DNA of 64,000 nt from the human T2T-CHM13v2.0 reference genome, Homo sapiens. Location of the stretch: assembly GCF_009914755.1 (NCBI RefSeq), contig NC_060941.1; one strand, given 5' to 3'. Shown piece after piece: positions 63,564 through 64,000 of the stretch (its first letter is position 1; every line of letters begins with the position of its first letter). Position numbers and translations under genes: made by a program. The notes under the pieces are model-generated. The model had not been told where the DNA came from, did not search any database, and saw only the letters and a list, made by a program, of their open reading frames with translations.

Positions 63564-64000
63564 TGAAGGCAATAAGGGAGTTAACCGTGCAGCCATCCAG
63601 GGAAGAAGAGGTCCAGGAGAAAAAACAGCCAATGCAAAGCCCCTGTGCAGATGCACTCCTAAAAGAACAACAAGGAGGCCAGTGTGCCTGGAGGGAAGGA
63701 GAGGAAGAGTCCAGGGTTAACATCAAGGAGGAAGTAACGATCAGTTATCTGCAGAGACTAAGATGCCATTGTAAAGACTCTGGCTTTGACTCTAAGTCAG
63801 TTAACCCCTGGAGAAGTTTTCAACAAAGGACTGACATGATGTAAGTTGTGTCTTAACAGGAGTCATCTGGCTGTTGGGGGGTAAAGGACAGAAGCAAGGA
63901 GATCAGTTAGGAGGAGATGGCATAAGCCAAATGAGAGATGATAATGCCTCAAGCCAACATGTGAGAGGGTTGGATATACTGTGATGTCAGAGTCCAGAGG

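Overview
Human-type genomic DNA from the CC-chemokine cluster (17q12 by gene content). It contains two complete, convergently transcribed three-exon chemokine genes: CCL13/MCP-4 (+, CDS 25510-27114, 98 aa) and CCL1/I-309 (-, CDS 32125-29542, 96 aa). The first ~24 kb is almost entirely nested retroelements: a PGRMC1-derived processed pseudogene carrying a 5'-truncated SVA, then stacked L1PA/L1PB/L1M elements, Alus, MLT2 and ERVL/MLT pieces. From 33 to 64 kb the sequence is gene-poor, rich in MIR/L2/Alu, and contains candidate enhancers. The most unusual structure is a ~1.65 kb TSD-flanked chimeric L1-mediated insertion (13894-15538). It consists of a partial Alu, a captured 3'UTR-like segment from an unidentified gene, a ~238 bp ~98% fold-back inverted repeat whose 14 nt loop is an L1 ORF2 snippet, and a ~100 bp L1 3' tail. 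A possible second L1-linked capture lies at ~47.4-50.7 kb. Repeat subfamily calls come from recalled consensus motifs and were not checked by a database search. I found no new protein-coding system.
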